Positions 31,167-40,944 of a stretch of 51,336 nucleotides of DNA are shown piece after piece. Below the pieces are notes generated by a model that saw only the letters and a program-made list of their open reading frames with translations, did no database searches and was not told the origin of the DNA. A program made the position numbers and the translations under genes. Source of the stretch: a virus (taxonomy: Duplodnaviria; Caudoviricetes); IMG/VR virus record IMGVR_UViG_3300027672_000019, positions 1-51,336 of that record. One strand, written 5' to 3'. Position 1 is the first letter of the stretch; the number at the start of each line of letters is the position of its first letter.

Positions 31167-33074
31167 ATGAGCTATCAACTAAACAAAACAGACGGTACAC
31201 TGCTAACAGACTTAATTGATGGGCAGATTGATACAGAAAGCACTAACCTTGTGTTAGTTGGTAGAAACTATACCGGATACGGAGAATACTTTAACGAAAA
31301 CTTTATTAAGCTATTAGAAAATTTTAGTAATACTGCCGCACCAAGCAATCCATTAACTGGCCAGTTATGGTGGGACAGTAATAGCCAAAGATTACAAGTA
31401 TATAATGGCACTATATGGAAATCAAGTGGTGGACCAATAGTACAAACTACACAACCACAAATGGTTGCTGGCGATTTGTGGATTGACAATCTAAATAATC
31501 AAGTTTATGCATACGACGGCTCAGACTTAATGTTGATGGGACCACAGTATACATTGACACAAGGAATAAGCGGATTTAAAATAGGTAGCATACTTGACTC
31601 GCAGAGTCGATCTCGTACTGTTACAAACTTATATGTAGGCGGCACACTTTCAGCAGTAATTAGTAATATTGAATTTACTCCAATTTATGCGCAGCGTGTA
31701 ATGGGATTAGTTACAGCATCAAATCCAAACGGTATTATTAAAGTAGGTTATAACGTAATTGATACTGCTAACTTTAAATTTAGAGGTATTGCAGATTCGT
31801 CAAACGCACTTGTTACGGCAGGCGGTATAGTTAGAACTGCTGACAGTTTCCTTCCATCAACTGCAAACGGTATTACTACTGGTAATTTAACAATTCAAAA
31901 CTCAGGTGGTTTAACAATTGGGTTATCACAGAATAATGTACAAAAAGTTGTTGGTCCACGTTTTTATATTGAAAATCAGCTTACAGACCACGATTTAAGC
32001 TTACGAGTTAAGTCAGGCGCGTTTGGATCAATCTCTGTAGATGCAATTTATGTAGATGCAAGTACAGCTAAAGTTGGTATTTTTACAACTAACAGATTGC
32101 CTGCATATACACTAGATGTTGAAGGCGATATTCGCTGTACAGGCAACTTAATTGTAGAAGGCACTAGAGTTGCATTAGACGTTGCTACACTTAGAGTTGA
32201 AGATAAAATTATTGAAATTGGTGTAATGAACGACAGTACTGAGCTTACAGATGCTCAAGCAGATGAATCAGGTATTAGTGTTAACAGTCTTAACGGTAGT
32301 AAAGATATAATTTGGAAAAATGCTACAAATGCATTTACTTCAAACGTAAACTTTGATTTGTTAGACATTAATAAAACATATAAGATTGGCGGAGTTGACA
32401 AACTTACAAATACTTCACTGATTAATATCTCTTCGGCACCAGACTTAGCATTAGTTGGTACGCTAACTGTCCTGCAAGTTGATGAAATTAACGTTAACGG
32501 TAAAACTATTACGTCAACAAATGATATGGCATTTGTATCAACTGCTGGAATAGCAATTACAGGTGGTGGCGATATTAATATTACTGACACACAAAAAATT
32601 ACTGGCGTTGGCAAAGCAATTAGCGCAAAGAAAGCAGTAGAACTAGGTGTTACTGAATCTTCAGTAGGAACAGTTGCAACTAAAGAATATACAGATGAAG
32701 AAATTGCAACAGAAGCAGTTATGTTTAGTATGGATATTACAGGCATGGGAACAGGAACTGCACTACAAAATGCAATGGCATCATACTTAAACGATATGTA
32801 CCCTGCTGCAACACTAAACACAAATAAAGTAGCGCGGATACACACAACATCATATGCTGGAGCAACAGTGCAGGGCGTAGATGTTGAAAGCGCAAAAAAT
32901 GTAAGTTATGTTGCAGTAGACTCTAACGGGACACAGAATCAAAACGTAGTACAAGACGTTGTATTTGATGCAGGCGGCGCAAGCGGAACAGTTATCCTAT
33001 CGCCGAGTAGAACACTAATGACATACACATCTACTGGAAGTGCATGGGCTTACCAGGCAACAACAGCGTACTAA
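31167..33074 (+). CDS. Tail fibre protein (paralogue 2)
   Basis: Shared N-terminal GRNYTGYGEYFNENFIKLLENFS...GQLWWD module; beta-rich shaft with KVGI...PAYTLDVEG. Confidence 0.75.
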   Translation: MSYQLNKTDGTLLTDLIDGQIDTESTNLVLVGRNYTGYGEYFNENFIKLLENFSNTAAPSNPLTGQLWWDSNSQRLQVYNGTIWKSSGGPIVQTTQPQMVAGDLWIDNLNNQVYAYDGSDLMLMGPQYTLTQGISGFKIGSILDSQSRSRTVTNLYVGGTLSAVISNIEFTPIYAQRVMGLVTASNPNGIIKVGYNVIDTANFKFRGIADSSNALVTAGGIVRTADSFLPSTANGITTGNLTIQNSGGLTIGLSQNNVQKVVGPRFYIENQLTDHDLSLRVKSGAFGSISVDAIYVDASTAKVGIFTTNRLPAYTLDVEGDIRCTGNLIVEGTRVALDVATLRVEDKIIEIGVMNDSTELTDAQADESGISVNSLNGSKDIIWKNATNAFTSNVNFDLLDINKTYKIGGVDKLTNTSLINISSAPDLALVGTLTVLQVDEINVNGKTITSTNDMAFVSTAGIAITGGGDINITDTQKITGVGKAISAKKAVELGVTESSVGTVATKEYTDEEIATEAVMFSMDITGMGTGTALQNAMASYLNDMYPAATLNTNKVARIHTTSYAGATVQGVDVESAKNVSYVAVDSNGTQNQNVVQDVVFDAGGASGTVILSPSRTLMTYTSTGSAWAYQATTAY

Positions 33075-33083
33075 GAAAAACGA

Positions 33084-33089
33084 TAAATA
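33084..33089 (+). promoter_or_regulatory. Putative late promoter (TAAATA)
   Basis: TAAATA in the intergenic gap before fibre paralogue 3. Confidence 0.45.
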
Positions 33090-33119
33090 ATACTAATAGC
33101 ACTAGGGGTTACACAAATA

Positions 33120-34601
33120 ATGGCATATGCAATAGATAGATATAATAACACACTGTTAACTACAGTGGAAGATGGCACAGTTGATCAAACAACTGACCTT
33201 AAATTCATTGGTAAAAACTACGCAGGTTACGGCGAAATACAAAACGAAAACTTTTTGTTCTTGCTTGAAAACTTTAGCGGAGCTAATCAGCCAGCAAGGC
33301 CACTTAGTGGGCAGGTTTGGTTTGACAGCGGCACAAGCAAATTAAAGTTTTACGATGGAACGCAATGGCGTACAACTGGCGGAGCAGAAATTGGCGCAAC
33401 ACAGCCAACTGGTTTATCTATTGGTGACTTTTGGTGGGACAGCGGCAACGATCAATTATACACATTCAACGGCACTGTTTTTGTACTTATAGGTCCACAG
33501 AACGCAGGCGAAGGCGTAACCCAAATGCAAAGCCTCGAAGTTCTTGATACTACAAATACTACACAAAGCGTGATTTCTTCTGTAATTGGAGACGTAACAG
33601 TATTTGTTGTAAGCCCAACACAGTTTGATCTAAATGCAAGCCAAACTGCATTAATTGCACAAGGTTATGATAGAATTAACAAAGGTATTACACTAAGAAA
33701 TACCAAACTAGCAACTGCTGGAGTTACAAGTACAGCTGATAGATTCCATGGAACCGCAACAAACGCTGAGAAACTTGGCGGTATTGCAGCAGGAAACTTT
33801 ATTCAAACAGGCGCTGGTAACACTGTATTTACAAGTGCTTTAGATATTCCAGATGATGGCATATTAATTGGTGATTCTAATGATTTGCAAGTTAAAATTG
33901 CTGCAAACGGATACGACGGCGTAATACAAAATGTTACTAACAGCGGAACAATTCAACTTAAAGTTACTAGCGGAGCAGGAGCGTTAACGCACGTTGGTAC
34001 AGTTACATCAGCAGGAATAGTTCCATCAGCAGATAACACATTTACAATGGGATCTGCTAGTTTAGGATGGTCAAACGTATATGCAACTAACTTTACTGGC
34101 GAAGCAACTAAAGCTGGAACGTTAAGAGTAGGCAGTGATTTCCGTACTGCAAGCGCAAGTGCAACTAATAATACAGTTGCAGTAAGAGATGCAACGGGTA
34201 ATATTGCAGCAACACTATTCCAAGGAGTCGCAACACAAGCACGGTATGCTGACTTAGCAGAAAAATATACAACAGCAGAAGAATTACCAGCAGGCACAGC
34301 AGTAACAGTATGCAGTCATCCAGATCACGAAGTAGAACCGGCAACAATAAGCGATCACTGCATTGGTGTTGTGTCAACTGATCCAGCATACATGATGAAC
34401 AGTGAAGCGGATGGTCAATACATTGGACTTAAAGGACGTTTACCTGTAAGAGTCAAAGGACCTGTCGCTAAAGGCGATGTAATTTATGCCTGGGAAGATG
34501 GAGTATGTACAACTGTTGCAACAAATGCAATAGTAGGAATTGCACTTGAGTCGGATAGTTCAGAAGAAGAAAAATTAGTAGAATGCGTACTTAAGGTATA
34601 A
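33120..34601 (+). CDS. Tail fibre protein (paralogue 3) with C-terminal peptidase G2-like intramolecular chaperone domain
   Basis: Shared N-terminal module. The C-terminal RYADLAEKY...IGVVSTDPAYMMN...IGLKGRLPVRVKG...IVGIALE is the autocleaving chaperone pattern. Confidence 0.75.
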   Translation: MAYAIDRYNNTLLTTVEDGTVDQTTDLKFIGKNYAGYGEIQNENFLFLLENFSGANQPARPLSGQVWFDSGTSKLKFYDGTQWRTTGGAEIGATQPTGLSIGDFWWDSGNDQLYTFNGTVFVLIGPQNAGEGVTQMQSLEVLDTTNTTQSVISSVIGDVTVFVVSPTQFDLNASQTALIAQGYDRINKGITLRNTKLATAGVTSTADRFHGTATNAEKLGGIAAGNFIQTGAGNTVFTSALDIPDDGILIGDSNDLQVKIAANGYDGVIQNVTNSGTIQLKVTSGAGALTHVGTVTSAGIVPSADNTFTMGSASLGWSNVYATNFTGEATKAGTLRVGSDFRTASASATNNTVAVRDATGNIAATLFQGVATQARYADLAEKYTTAEELPAGTAVTVCSHPDHEVEPATISDHCIGVVSTDPAYMMNSEADGQYIGLKGRLPVRVKGPVAKGDVIYAWEDGVCTTVATNAIVGIALESDSSEEEKLVECVLKV

Positions 34602-34607
34602 TTAAAA

Positions 34608-35531
34608 ATGGCAGAAATTACAGCAGCACGAATTAACAACCTACAAGCAAGTGTTAACTTGATCTTGGGTGCAGGTTCGGGGCAGAGTGGATACGGACAG
34701 TCGGTTGGAAGTGCTCCAGTTAACAACACTGGTGATATAGCAACAGCCGCAGACATGAATTTAATTTATGCTGATATACTTGCTGCAAGAGTGCATCAAG
34801 TTGGTGCAGGCGACATTGGTATTGCGCAGGTTGTACAAAACCTTAACACTATTGCAATTGATACTAGTTTTAATATTGACGATGCAGGCGTAACAACAGC
34901 AGACCCAGATGGATTTAAGAAGGGTATTGCAGACTTTGAAACTGTAATGAATCAAGTTGTTGTTGATAAAGCTATAATGCATTCGTCACAAGCTGCACTT
35001 GAACCATCAATAGCATCTTCTAGAAGCAGTTCTTGGAACGGCTTAATTTATCATGAAATAGCAGTTACTTTTTCTTCTGCAGAGCATAGACGTTTCTTCT
35101 TCAATACCGGCGGCGAACTTAGAGTAAGTGCAAATAATACAGGCTCGTCTACGCCAAAAGGGTTAGACTGGACTCTGTTATGTTCTGAAGTAGGAAATAT
35201 TAAATTTAGTGCAGAAACTACAGTGTCATCTTTAGGCGGCGGAACATCGATTGGTAATTATGACTTAACACCTTCATTCCAAAATATATACCAGAAGATT
35301 GGCTCGGGAACAAACCAGGGTGTATATGCAGGTAATATATATACTGTTAAAGCAAGGTCAGATATTGCAACACGCATTATTATTAGAGTTGACTTTAATG
35401 ACATAGTGCAAGTTGGCAACATTGATAATAACGTAGACGGAACACTGAACAGCATCTTACAACATTATCGTGCAAACGGCGATATATCTGTAGTTGCGCC
35501 CACTTATTATAATACTTCATCACTGGCATAA
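34608..35531 (+). CDS. Putative virion structural protein (paralogue A)
   Basis: Gly/Ser/Thr-rich. Shares ITAARIN...GYGQ...ARVHQVG...RRFFFNTGGELR...DW motifs with the next gene. Confidence 0.6.
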   Translation: MAEITAARINNLQASVNLILGAGSGQSGYGQSVGSAPVNNTGDIATAADMNLIYADILAARVHQVGAGDIGIAQVVQNLNTIAIDTSFNIDDAGVTTADPDGFKKGIADFETVMNQVVVDKAIMHSSQAALEPSIASSRSSSWNGLIYHEIAVTFSSAEHRRFFFNTGGELRVSANNTGSSTPKGLDWTLLCSEVGNIKFSAETTVSSLGGGTSIGNYDLTPSFQNIYQKIGSGTNQGVYAGNIYTVKARSDIATRIIIRVDFNDIVQVGNIDNNVDGTLNSILQHYRANGDISVVAPTYYNTSSLA

Positions 35532-35559
35532 GCCACACATTTTATTTTAAGTTTAAGTT

Positions 35560-35569
35560 TAAATAAATA
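35560..35569 (+). promoter_or_regulatory. Putative late promoter (overlapping TAAATA copies)
   Basis: TAAATAAATA upstream of a GAGGA RBS. Confidence 0.45.
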
Positions 35570-35591
35570 CTTAAAGCAAAAGAGGAAGTAA

Positions 35592-36572
35592 ATGCCAACA
35601 ACTATATTAGCTAGTAGATACAATACGCTTAAGGATGCAGTAAATCTTGTACTTTCAAATTCAAGTATTGGCAATCCTACCTACGGCTACGGACAAGGCG
35701 TTACTACAAATAGTGTAGTTGGTACACGGGGACTATTGTCACCTTCAGCAGCATCTAAGGTTACAGCACAAGATTACGAAGATTTATACATTGACCTAAT
35801 ACGCACTAGAGCGCACCAAGTAGGCGCAGCCGCAGCCATTAGTGCATTTGTAGTAGGTGACTATAATACTAACGGAGCTACTGCTGACAAAATTGAAGAG
35901 TCGTATGTAATAGGATTAGAGTCTTTAGCATCAAGTATTGCAACTGACAGATTTACAGTAGATCCGACAAATTTGCGGATAACAGCAGCTCCTGAAGCAT
36001 CTAGCTCACGAACCGGCACCTGGACTACTACAATTTCACACATATTTACAATGTCCTTTCCAACAGCACAAGCTCGTAGGCACTATTTTAATTCAGGTGG
36101 CGAAATACGTCTTAGTGCATCAGTTGACTATACCGGAAGTCAAGCAAAAACAGTCGACTGGCAAACAATATTAAACGCTATGGGCACAGTTAGTTTTAAA
36201 GGCACAAATACAGTAAATAATGCTGGCATCGGTTCAGACACTAGCATAGGAAGTCACGATCTTTCAGGAAGCTATCAGATAGTTTATACTAGATCCGGCG
36301 GCAATGTATATGCAAGAAACAGATATAACGTGTACGCAATGAATTATACAACGGGCGATAGTACTTCTGCTATAAGATTTAAAGTAGAATTTATAGACGG
36401 CGCCCCTAATAACGTAGACGGCTTCGGCATTGATGAAATAGTCTACGGAACATTTAATAGTGTTGTGCAAACAGTTGCAGCAGACGGCACAGTAACTATT
36501 AACGGAACATCACACGCAACAGCACTTATATCAGACGATCCTACTGGACTTACAACAAGACCTCTTTCATAA
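35592..36572 (+). CDS. Putative virion structural protein (paralogue B)
   Basis: ILASRYN...GYGQ...TRAHQVG...RRHYFNSGGEIRLSA...DW; a clear paralogue of 34608-35531. Confidence 0.6.
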   Translation: MPTTILASRYNTLKDAVNLVLSNSSIGNPTYGYGQGVTTNSVVGTRGLLSPSAASKVTAQDYEDLYIDLIRTRAHQVGAAAAISAFVVGDYNTNGATADKIEESYVIGLESLASSIATDRFTVDPTNLRITAAPEASSSRTGTWTTTISHIFTMSFPTAQARRHYFNSGGEIRLSASVDYTGSQAKTVDWQTILNAMGTVSFKGTNTVNNAGIGSDTSIGSHDLSGSYQIVYTRSGGNVYARNRYNVYAMNYTTGDSTSAIRFKVEFIDGAPNNVDGFGIDEIVYGTFNSVVQTVAADGTVTINGTSHATALISDDPTGLTTRPLS

Positions 36573-36588
36573 ACAGCCACCTTACTGG

Positions 36589-36617
36589 TTGACAAATCAT
36601 TAAATCCAATATATACT
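36589..36617 (+). promoter_or_regulatory. sigma70-type promoter heading the enzyme operon
   Basis: TTGACA (36589-36594)-17 nt-TATACT (36612-36617), followed by an AGGAG RBS and ATG 36647. Confidence 0.8.
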
Positions 36618-36646
36618 AGTAGTAATAATAAACTAGGAGTTTAACT

Positions 36647-37000
36647 ATGGATGAGCGTTTAGAAAAAGCACTAGACTTTTCTAATTATATGCTAACACTG
36701 AGTAATCAGAAGCGACTGTTAGCAGAAAAGTACCAAGAAGAATTAATACACTTTTACAGTGGATCGCAATTTACAATTACTCGTGAGTTAATTACATTTG
36801 TAAGTACAATGGTATCTGCTGATCAAGACGAAGTTGTTATTACAGACGATAATAACATTCCTTGCCTAGTAGAAGACCTAAGTGATTTTTATAGCAATAT
36901 TATAGACTTGTATACTACTGCATCTAATAACTATCATTCAGCATACTTGCAATTAAAGACATCCCGTAGTGTGGAGAAACTAGTTAATCATGAGCAATAA
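36647..37000 (+). CDS. Small protein, possibly a DUF4376-like tail-fibre assembly chaperone
   Basis: Strong RBS. Pattern of an N-terminal helix, YSGSQFTIT, ITDDNNIPCLV and a C-terminal helix loosely recalls DUF4376. The assignment is weak. Confidence 0.45.
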   Translation: MDERLEKALDFSNYMLTLSNQKRLLAEKYQEELIHFYSGSQFTITRELITFVSTMVSADQDEVVITDDNNIPCLVEDLSDFYSNIIDLYTTASNNYHSAYLQLKTSRSVEKLVNHEQ

Positions 37001-37844
37001 AGGTGCATTTTTAATTGCACGAAATAATGGTCATATTGATTATGTGAAACAAGCAGTATTTCTTGCAAGACGAATAAAACAATACTTAGACATACCTGTT
37101 ACTATTGCTACAGATAGTACAGAGTACTTAGAAACAGCATTTGGCATTAATGACTTTGATAATGTTATTAACTTAGACCAAACTGCTAACGCTAATATGC
37201 GATATTTCTTTGATGGTACACTTTCTAAAAAAACTGCTAGTTTTAAAAATGCTAATCGCGCAAATGTATATGAACTTAGCCCGTATGACGAAACTTTATT
37301 ACTAGACACTGATTACATTATTTCAAATGATTTATTAAAATCGGTATTTACATCAAAATCTGACTTATTAATTTATAAAAAGTCTAATGATGTAGCAAAA
37401 GTACGAGACGAAACTGAATTCGATAAAATAAGTGATACAAGTGTTGACTTTTACTGGGCAACTGTTGTGTACTTTAAAAAGTCAGAATCTAACAAGATCT
37501 TCTTTGACTTAATTAAGCATATAGAACAAGAATGGAATCATTATAGACGAGTATACCAAATAACTTCTAGCTTGTTTAGGAATGACTTTGCTTTTAGTAT
37601 TGCAATACACATAATGAATGGTTTCCAGAAAGGCGACTTTGCCCAGCAGCTACCAGGAAGTATGCTGTATACTACTGACAGAGATGTTCTATGGAAAATG
37701 AATAATGACGAATTTATGTTCTTAGTAGAAAAGAAAGATTATATCGGAGAATACACTGCATTAAAGACACAAGGACAAACTATTCACATAATGAACAAAG
37801 CTAGTCTTAACAGAATAATTGATCAGGAGTTTGCAAATGACTAA
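36990..37844 (+). CDS. Glycosyltransferase, GT-A fold (GT8/GT71-like), set 1a
   Basis: KGAFLIA.N...DYVKQA; YELSPYDETLLLDTD (DxD); WATVVYFKK; RNDFAFSIA. Confidence 0.7.
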   Translation: MSNKGAFLIARNNGHIDYVKQAVFLARRIKQYLDIPVTIATDSTEYLETAFGINDFDNVINLDQTANANMRYFFDGTLSKKTASFKNANRANVYELSPYDETLLLDTDYIISNDLLKSVFTSKSDLLIYKKSNDVAKVRDETEFDKISDTSVDFYWATVVYFKKSESNKIFFDLIKHIEQEWNHYRRVYQITSSLFRNDFAFSIAIHIMNGFQKGDFAQQLPGSMLYTTDRDVLWKMNNDEFMFLVEKKDYIGEYTALKTQGQTIHIMNKASLNRIIDQEFAND

Positions 37845-38679
37845 AGGAATTGTAGTTCTTGCACAAAACAATGCAACTGATAATTATGTAGAACAAGCTG
37901 CTTTATTAGCAATGAGTTTACACACTTATAATGATGCAAACATTAGTTTAATCACAAATGATGAAGTACCAACAGAGTATATAAGTCTTTTTGATAAGAT
38001 TATACCTATTCCGTTTGGCGACAGCGCCGAAGACAGTGAATGGAAAGTTGAAAACAGACATAAATTATACCACGCTAGTCCTTATGATGAAACTATTGTA
38101 ATGGATACTGATATGTTAGTATTACAAAACATTGATGTATGGTGGGATTTCTTAGCTAATTACGAAATGTTCTTTACTAGTAATGTACTAACATACAGAG
38201 GCGATATTGCTGACACTAGTTATTATAGACAAACGTTTATTGATAACAATCTTCCTAATTTGTTTAGTGGGTTGCACTATTTTAAGAAGTGCGAATTTGC
38301 ACAAGAGTTTTATGCTTGGCTAGAGTTAGTAGTAAACAACTGGGAAGCATTTTATGAACAACACCTTAAAAGCAACACTAGGCCAAAGCATGTAAGTATT
38401 GATGTATGTGCAGCTATAGTTACCCGCATATTAAATTGCACAGAAGTTATTACAAACAATACAGCTAAATTTCCAAGCTTTACTCACATGAAACCGTATT
38501 GTCAAGGCTGGAAAGAAGTTAATAGTAGTTGGCAAGATCAAATGGGTGTATATATTGATATTGCTGGTAGTTTAAAGATTGGCAATTATGCACAAACTGG
38601 AATACTACATTATACTGAAAGCGACTTTTTAGAAAAGTCTCCAGCTATAGAAAGATACAGGAGACTAACAAATGTCTGA
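37837..38679 (+). CDS. Glycosyltransferase, GT-A fold (GT8/GT71-like), set 1b
   Basis: KGIVVLAQN...NYVEQA; YHASPYDETIVMDTD (DxD); FSGLHYFKK; FTHMK. Start moved to ATG 37837, behind AGGAG. Confidence 0.7.
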   Translation: MTKGIVVLAQNNATDNYVEQAALLAMSLHTYNDANISLITNDEVPTEYISLFDKIIPIPFGDSAEDSEWKVENRHKLYHASPYDETIVMDTDMLVLQNIDVWWDFLANYEMFFTSNVLTYRGDIADTSYYRQTFIDNNLPNLFSGLHYFKKCEFAQEFYAWLELVVNNWEAFYEQHLKSNTRPKHVSIDVCAAIVTRILNCTEVITNNTAKFPSFTHMKPYCQGWKEVNSSWQDQMGVYIDIAGSLKIGNYAQTGILHYTESDFLEKSPAIERYRRLTNV

Positions 38680-40015
38680 TTTACGTAATTTACTAAAAAA
38701 GATTAAAGTAAGTGTTGAAACTGCAGAAGCATATATATACTACGATCAAAAAACTGGCAAAATCCATAAAATTAGCGGACATAATGTACCTAATGAAGAA
38801 TACAAGATTCTTACAGTGTCGCCTGAGGAAGCAGCGCCTCTCTTAACTGGTGTAAAACGGACAGATGAATTCATCATAACATATGACATGTCTGTTAAAC
38901 AAATACTTATGAAAGAAGTTGCATATGAAGATAATCATAAAACAGCTTCTACTATGTGCTACCAATTACCGATTATTAAAAATTCTCATGACGGACACAT
39001 GTCTTTAACACGGGTTCATGAAGGAATTAGTGTATACATTTGGAATGATAGTGAAGTAAGTAACTATCGCGCAGGTGAACATGTTTGGCATAATAAAAAT
39101 GTTTATAAGCTTATGTCAGATCCAACGGAATGGAACGAATCAGAGCACACTCTTTATTTAGAAAATGTCCAACTTACTTCTATTCCGACTCAAAGCCATA
39201 ATGTAGAAAAACTAACAACAATTCCTGAATATGTTGGCATCCACGTTGATGTGTGGTATAAAGAATTAGAACATGTTGCAGGACAACACGTATGGCATAA
39301 AAACATTGTTTACAAACTCCTACAAGACCAAGCTATTAATACAGAATTTACAATGGATAATGTAGAAATTGTTGTTAAAAATGTATTATTGTATGCTGAC
39401 GAAAATAAACTATTAGAAACAGTTTCTACTATAAGACCAAATATGCTTATACTAGATAACAACAGTATTTACAGAACTGCAATTATAGAGCAACCCTTCG
39501 ACAAAGATAAATTAAGTATCTTATTTTATGCTACGTCTAATAAACTGTTATACTGCTCACTTGAAACTGAGGCAATTTGGGAAGTAGAATTAGATGATAT
39601 AGAAGAAACAGCATCATTAACAACGCTGGAGTTAGATTACACTCCGTCTATCAAAGTAAAAAATGGAAATATCATTCTTTCAGGAAAATATTTATATCAA
39701 GCAGAGATTGATAAGGAATACGATATTATTGTACAACAAAATATACCTAACAGTTGTTGGAATATAGTTCTTAATCCGTATACTAAGAAATTTTTAGTTA
39801 GCAGCGGCTACGCACCTACTGACATATTGTATCTTAGTGTGACTGCAAAATACGATCCAAATATTTTATACAAAAGTTTAGAATTTAAGGTTGCTGACTT
39901 ACTTACCAATACATTAGTTGCAATTCCGTTCACGTCTGACTACGAGAGTAACGAGGATAGTGTAAGTATATACACAGCAAAATATTTTGACAGTTACGCA
40001 CACGAGGTTATTTAA
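38672..40015 (+). CDS. Hypothetical protein with two short CBM5/12-like repeats
   Basis: W...YRAGEHVWHNKNVYKL and WYKELEHVAGQHVWHKNIVYKL. Translationally coupled on both sides. Confidence 0.55.
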   Translation: MSDLRNLLKKIKVSVETAEAYIYYDQKTGKIHKISGHNVPNEEYKILTVSPEEAAPLLTGVKRTDEFIITYDMSVKQILMKEVAYEDNHKTASTMCYQLPIIKNSHDGHMSLTRVHEGISVYIWNDSEVSNYRAGEHVWHNKNVYKLMSDPTEWNESEHTLYLENVQLTSIPTQSHNVEKLTTIPEYVGIHVDVWYKELEHVAGQHVWHKNIVYKLLQDQAINTEFTMDNVEIVVKNVLLYADENKLLETVSTIRPNMLILDNNSIYRTAIIEQPFDKDKLSILFYATSNKLLYCSLETEAIWEVELDDIEETASLTTLELDYTPSIKVKNGNIILSGKYLYQAEIDKEYDIIVQQNIPNSCWNIVLNPYTKKFLVSSGYAPTDILYLSVTAKYDPNILYKSLEFKVADLLTNTLVAIPFTSDYESNEDSVSIYTAKYFDSYAHEVI

Positions 40016-40944
40016 TGGCAAAATTTAAGCCAATCGATTACGACATCATCTATCTAAGTTATGATGAACCTAACGCAGAAAAAAACTATGCAGACCTATG
40101 CAAAATAGTTCCCTGGGCAAAACGTGTACACGGAGTAGATGGTAGCGATGCTGCACACAAGGCATGTGCTAAACTAAGTGAAACAGATCGCTTTATTACA
40201 GTAGACGGTGACAATAGAATCCGCGAAGATTTCTTAAACCAAGTACTTGACTTTGACGAACATGAAGACTTAACAAGCACAGTAATAAGCTGGTGCGGCA
40301 GAAACGAAATAAACGGATTAATGTATGGCAATGGTGGACTAAAGTGTTGGCCTAAAGATTATGTGCTGAATATGCGCACACATGAAAATGCTGATCCTAA
40401 CAACGCACATGCACAAGTAGACTTTTGCTGGGATGCAAAATACATACAAATGAATAGCTGTTACTCAGATGTATATAATAACGAAACTGCTGGACAGGCG
40501 TGGAGAGCAGGCTTTAGAGAAGGTGTAAAGCTTGCAACTGACCGTGGCGCAAGAATTAGTAAAGACGAACTTAAAAACAATCACTGGCGCTGCTTACATT
40601 GGCTGTACATTTGGACTATGATAGGTGCAGACGTTAAGAACGGCCTATGGGCTATCTATGGTGCTAGAGAAGGCCTGTATATGACAATGTGTACAGACTG
40701 GGATTACGTACAAGTAAGAGACTTTAAATATCTAAACAAGTATTGGGATGAGACCGTTAGTGTGTATATACATGACGACAACTTGTTAGAATCAATTCAA
40801 CGGTTAGGTAACAGTCTTATTGATGAGTTAGACATTCCTATTTCAGTAAATCCATTAGATGCACAACAAAGTAAGTTCTTTAAAGCAGTATACCAAAACC
40901 CTGCTAGAACAGACAATCAACAATTTATTCAAGAATTGAAATAA
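40015..40944 (+). CDS. Glycosyltransferase-like protein, GT-A fold, set 2a
   Basis: DIIYLSYDEPNA...AKRVHGV.G...AH...FITVDGD (DxD)...LMYGNGGLK.WP...AWRAGFREGVKL. Confidence 0.65.
   Translation: MAKFKPIDYDIIYLSYDEPNAEKNYADLCKIVPWAKRVHGVDGSDAAHKACAKLSETDRFITVDGDNRIREDFLNQVLDFDEHEDLTSTVISWCGRNEINGLMYGNGGLKCWPKDYVLNMRTHENADPNNAHAQVDFCWDAKYIQMNSCYSDVYNNETAGQAWRAGFREGVKLATDRGARISKDELKNNHWRCLHWLYIWTMIGADVKNGLWAIYGAREGLYMTMCTDWDYVQVRDFKYLNKYWDETVSVYIHDDNLLESIQRLGNSLIDELDIPISVNPLDAQQSKFFKAVYQNPARTDNQQFIQELK

Noticed and set aside
29109-34601. Diversity-generating retroelement or invertible fibre-switching cassette
   Set aside because: No reverse transcriptase, recombinase or near-identical nucleotide repeats were seen; the paralogy is evident only at protein level.
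35546-35575. Inverted repeat TTTAAGT...ACTTAAA around the TAAATA motif as a terminator or operator
   Set aside because: It is short and almost all A/T, with no GC stem or U-tract, and is compatible with chance.
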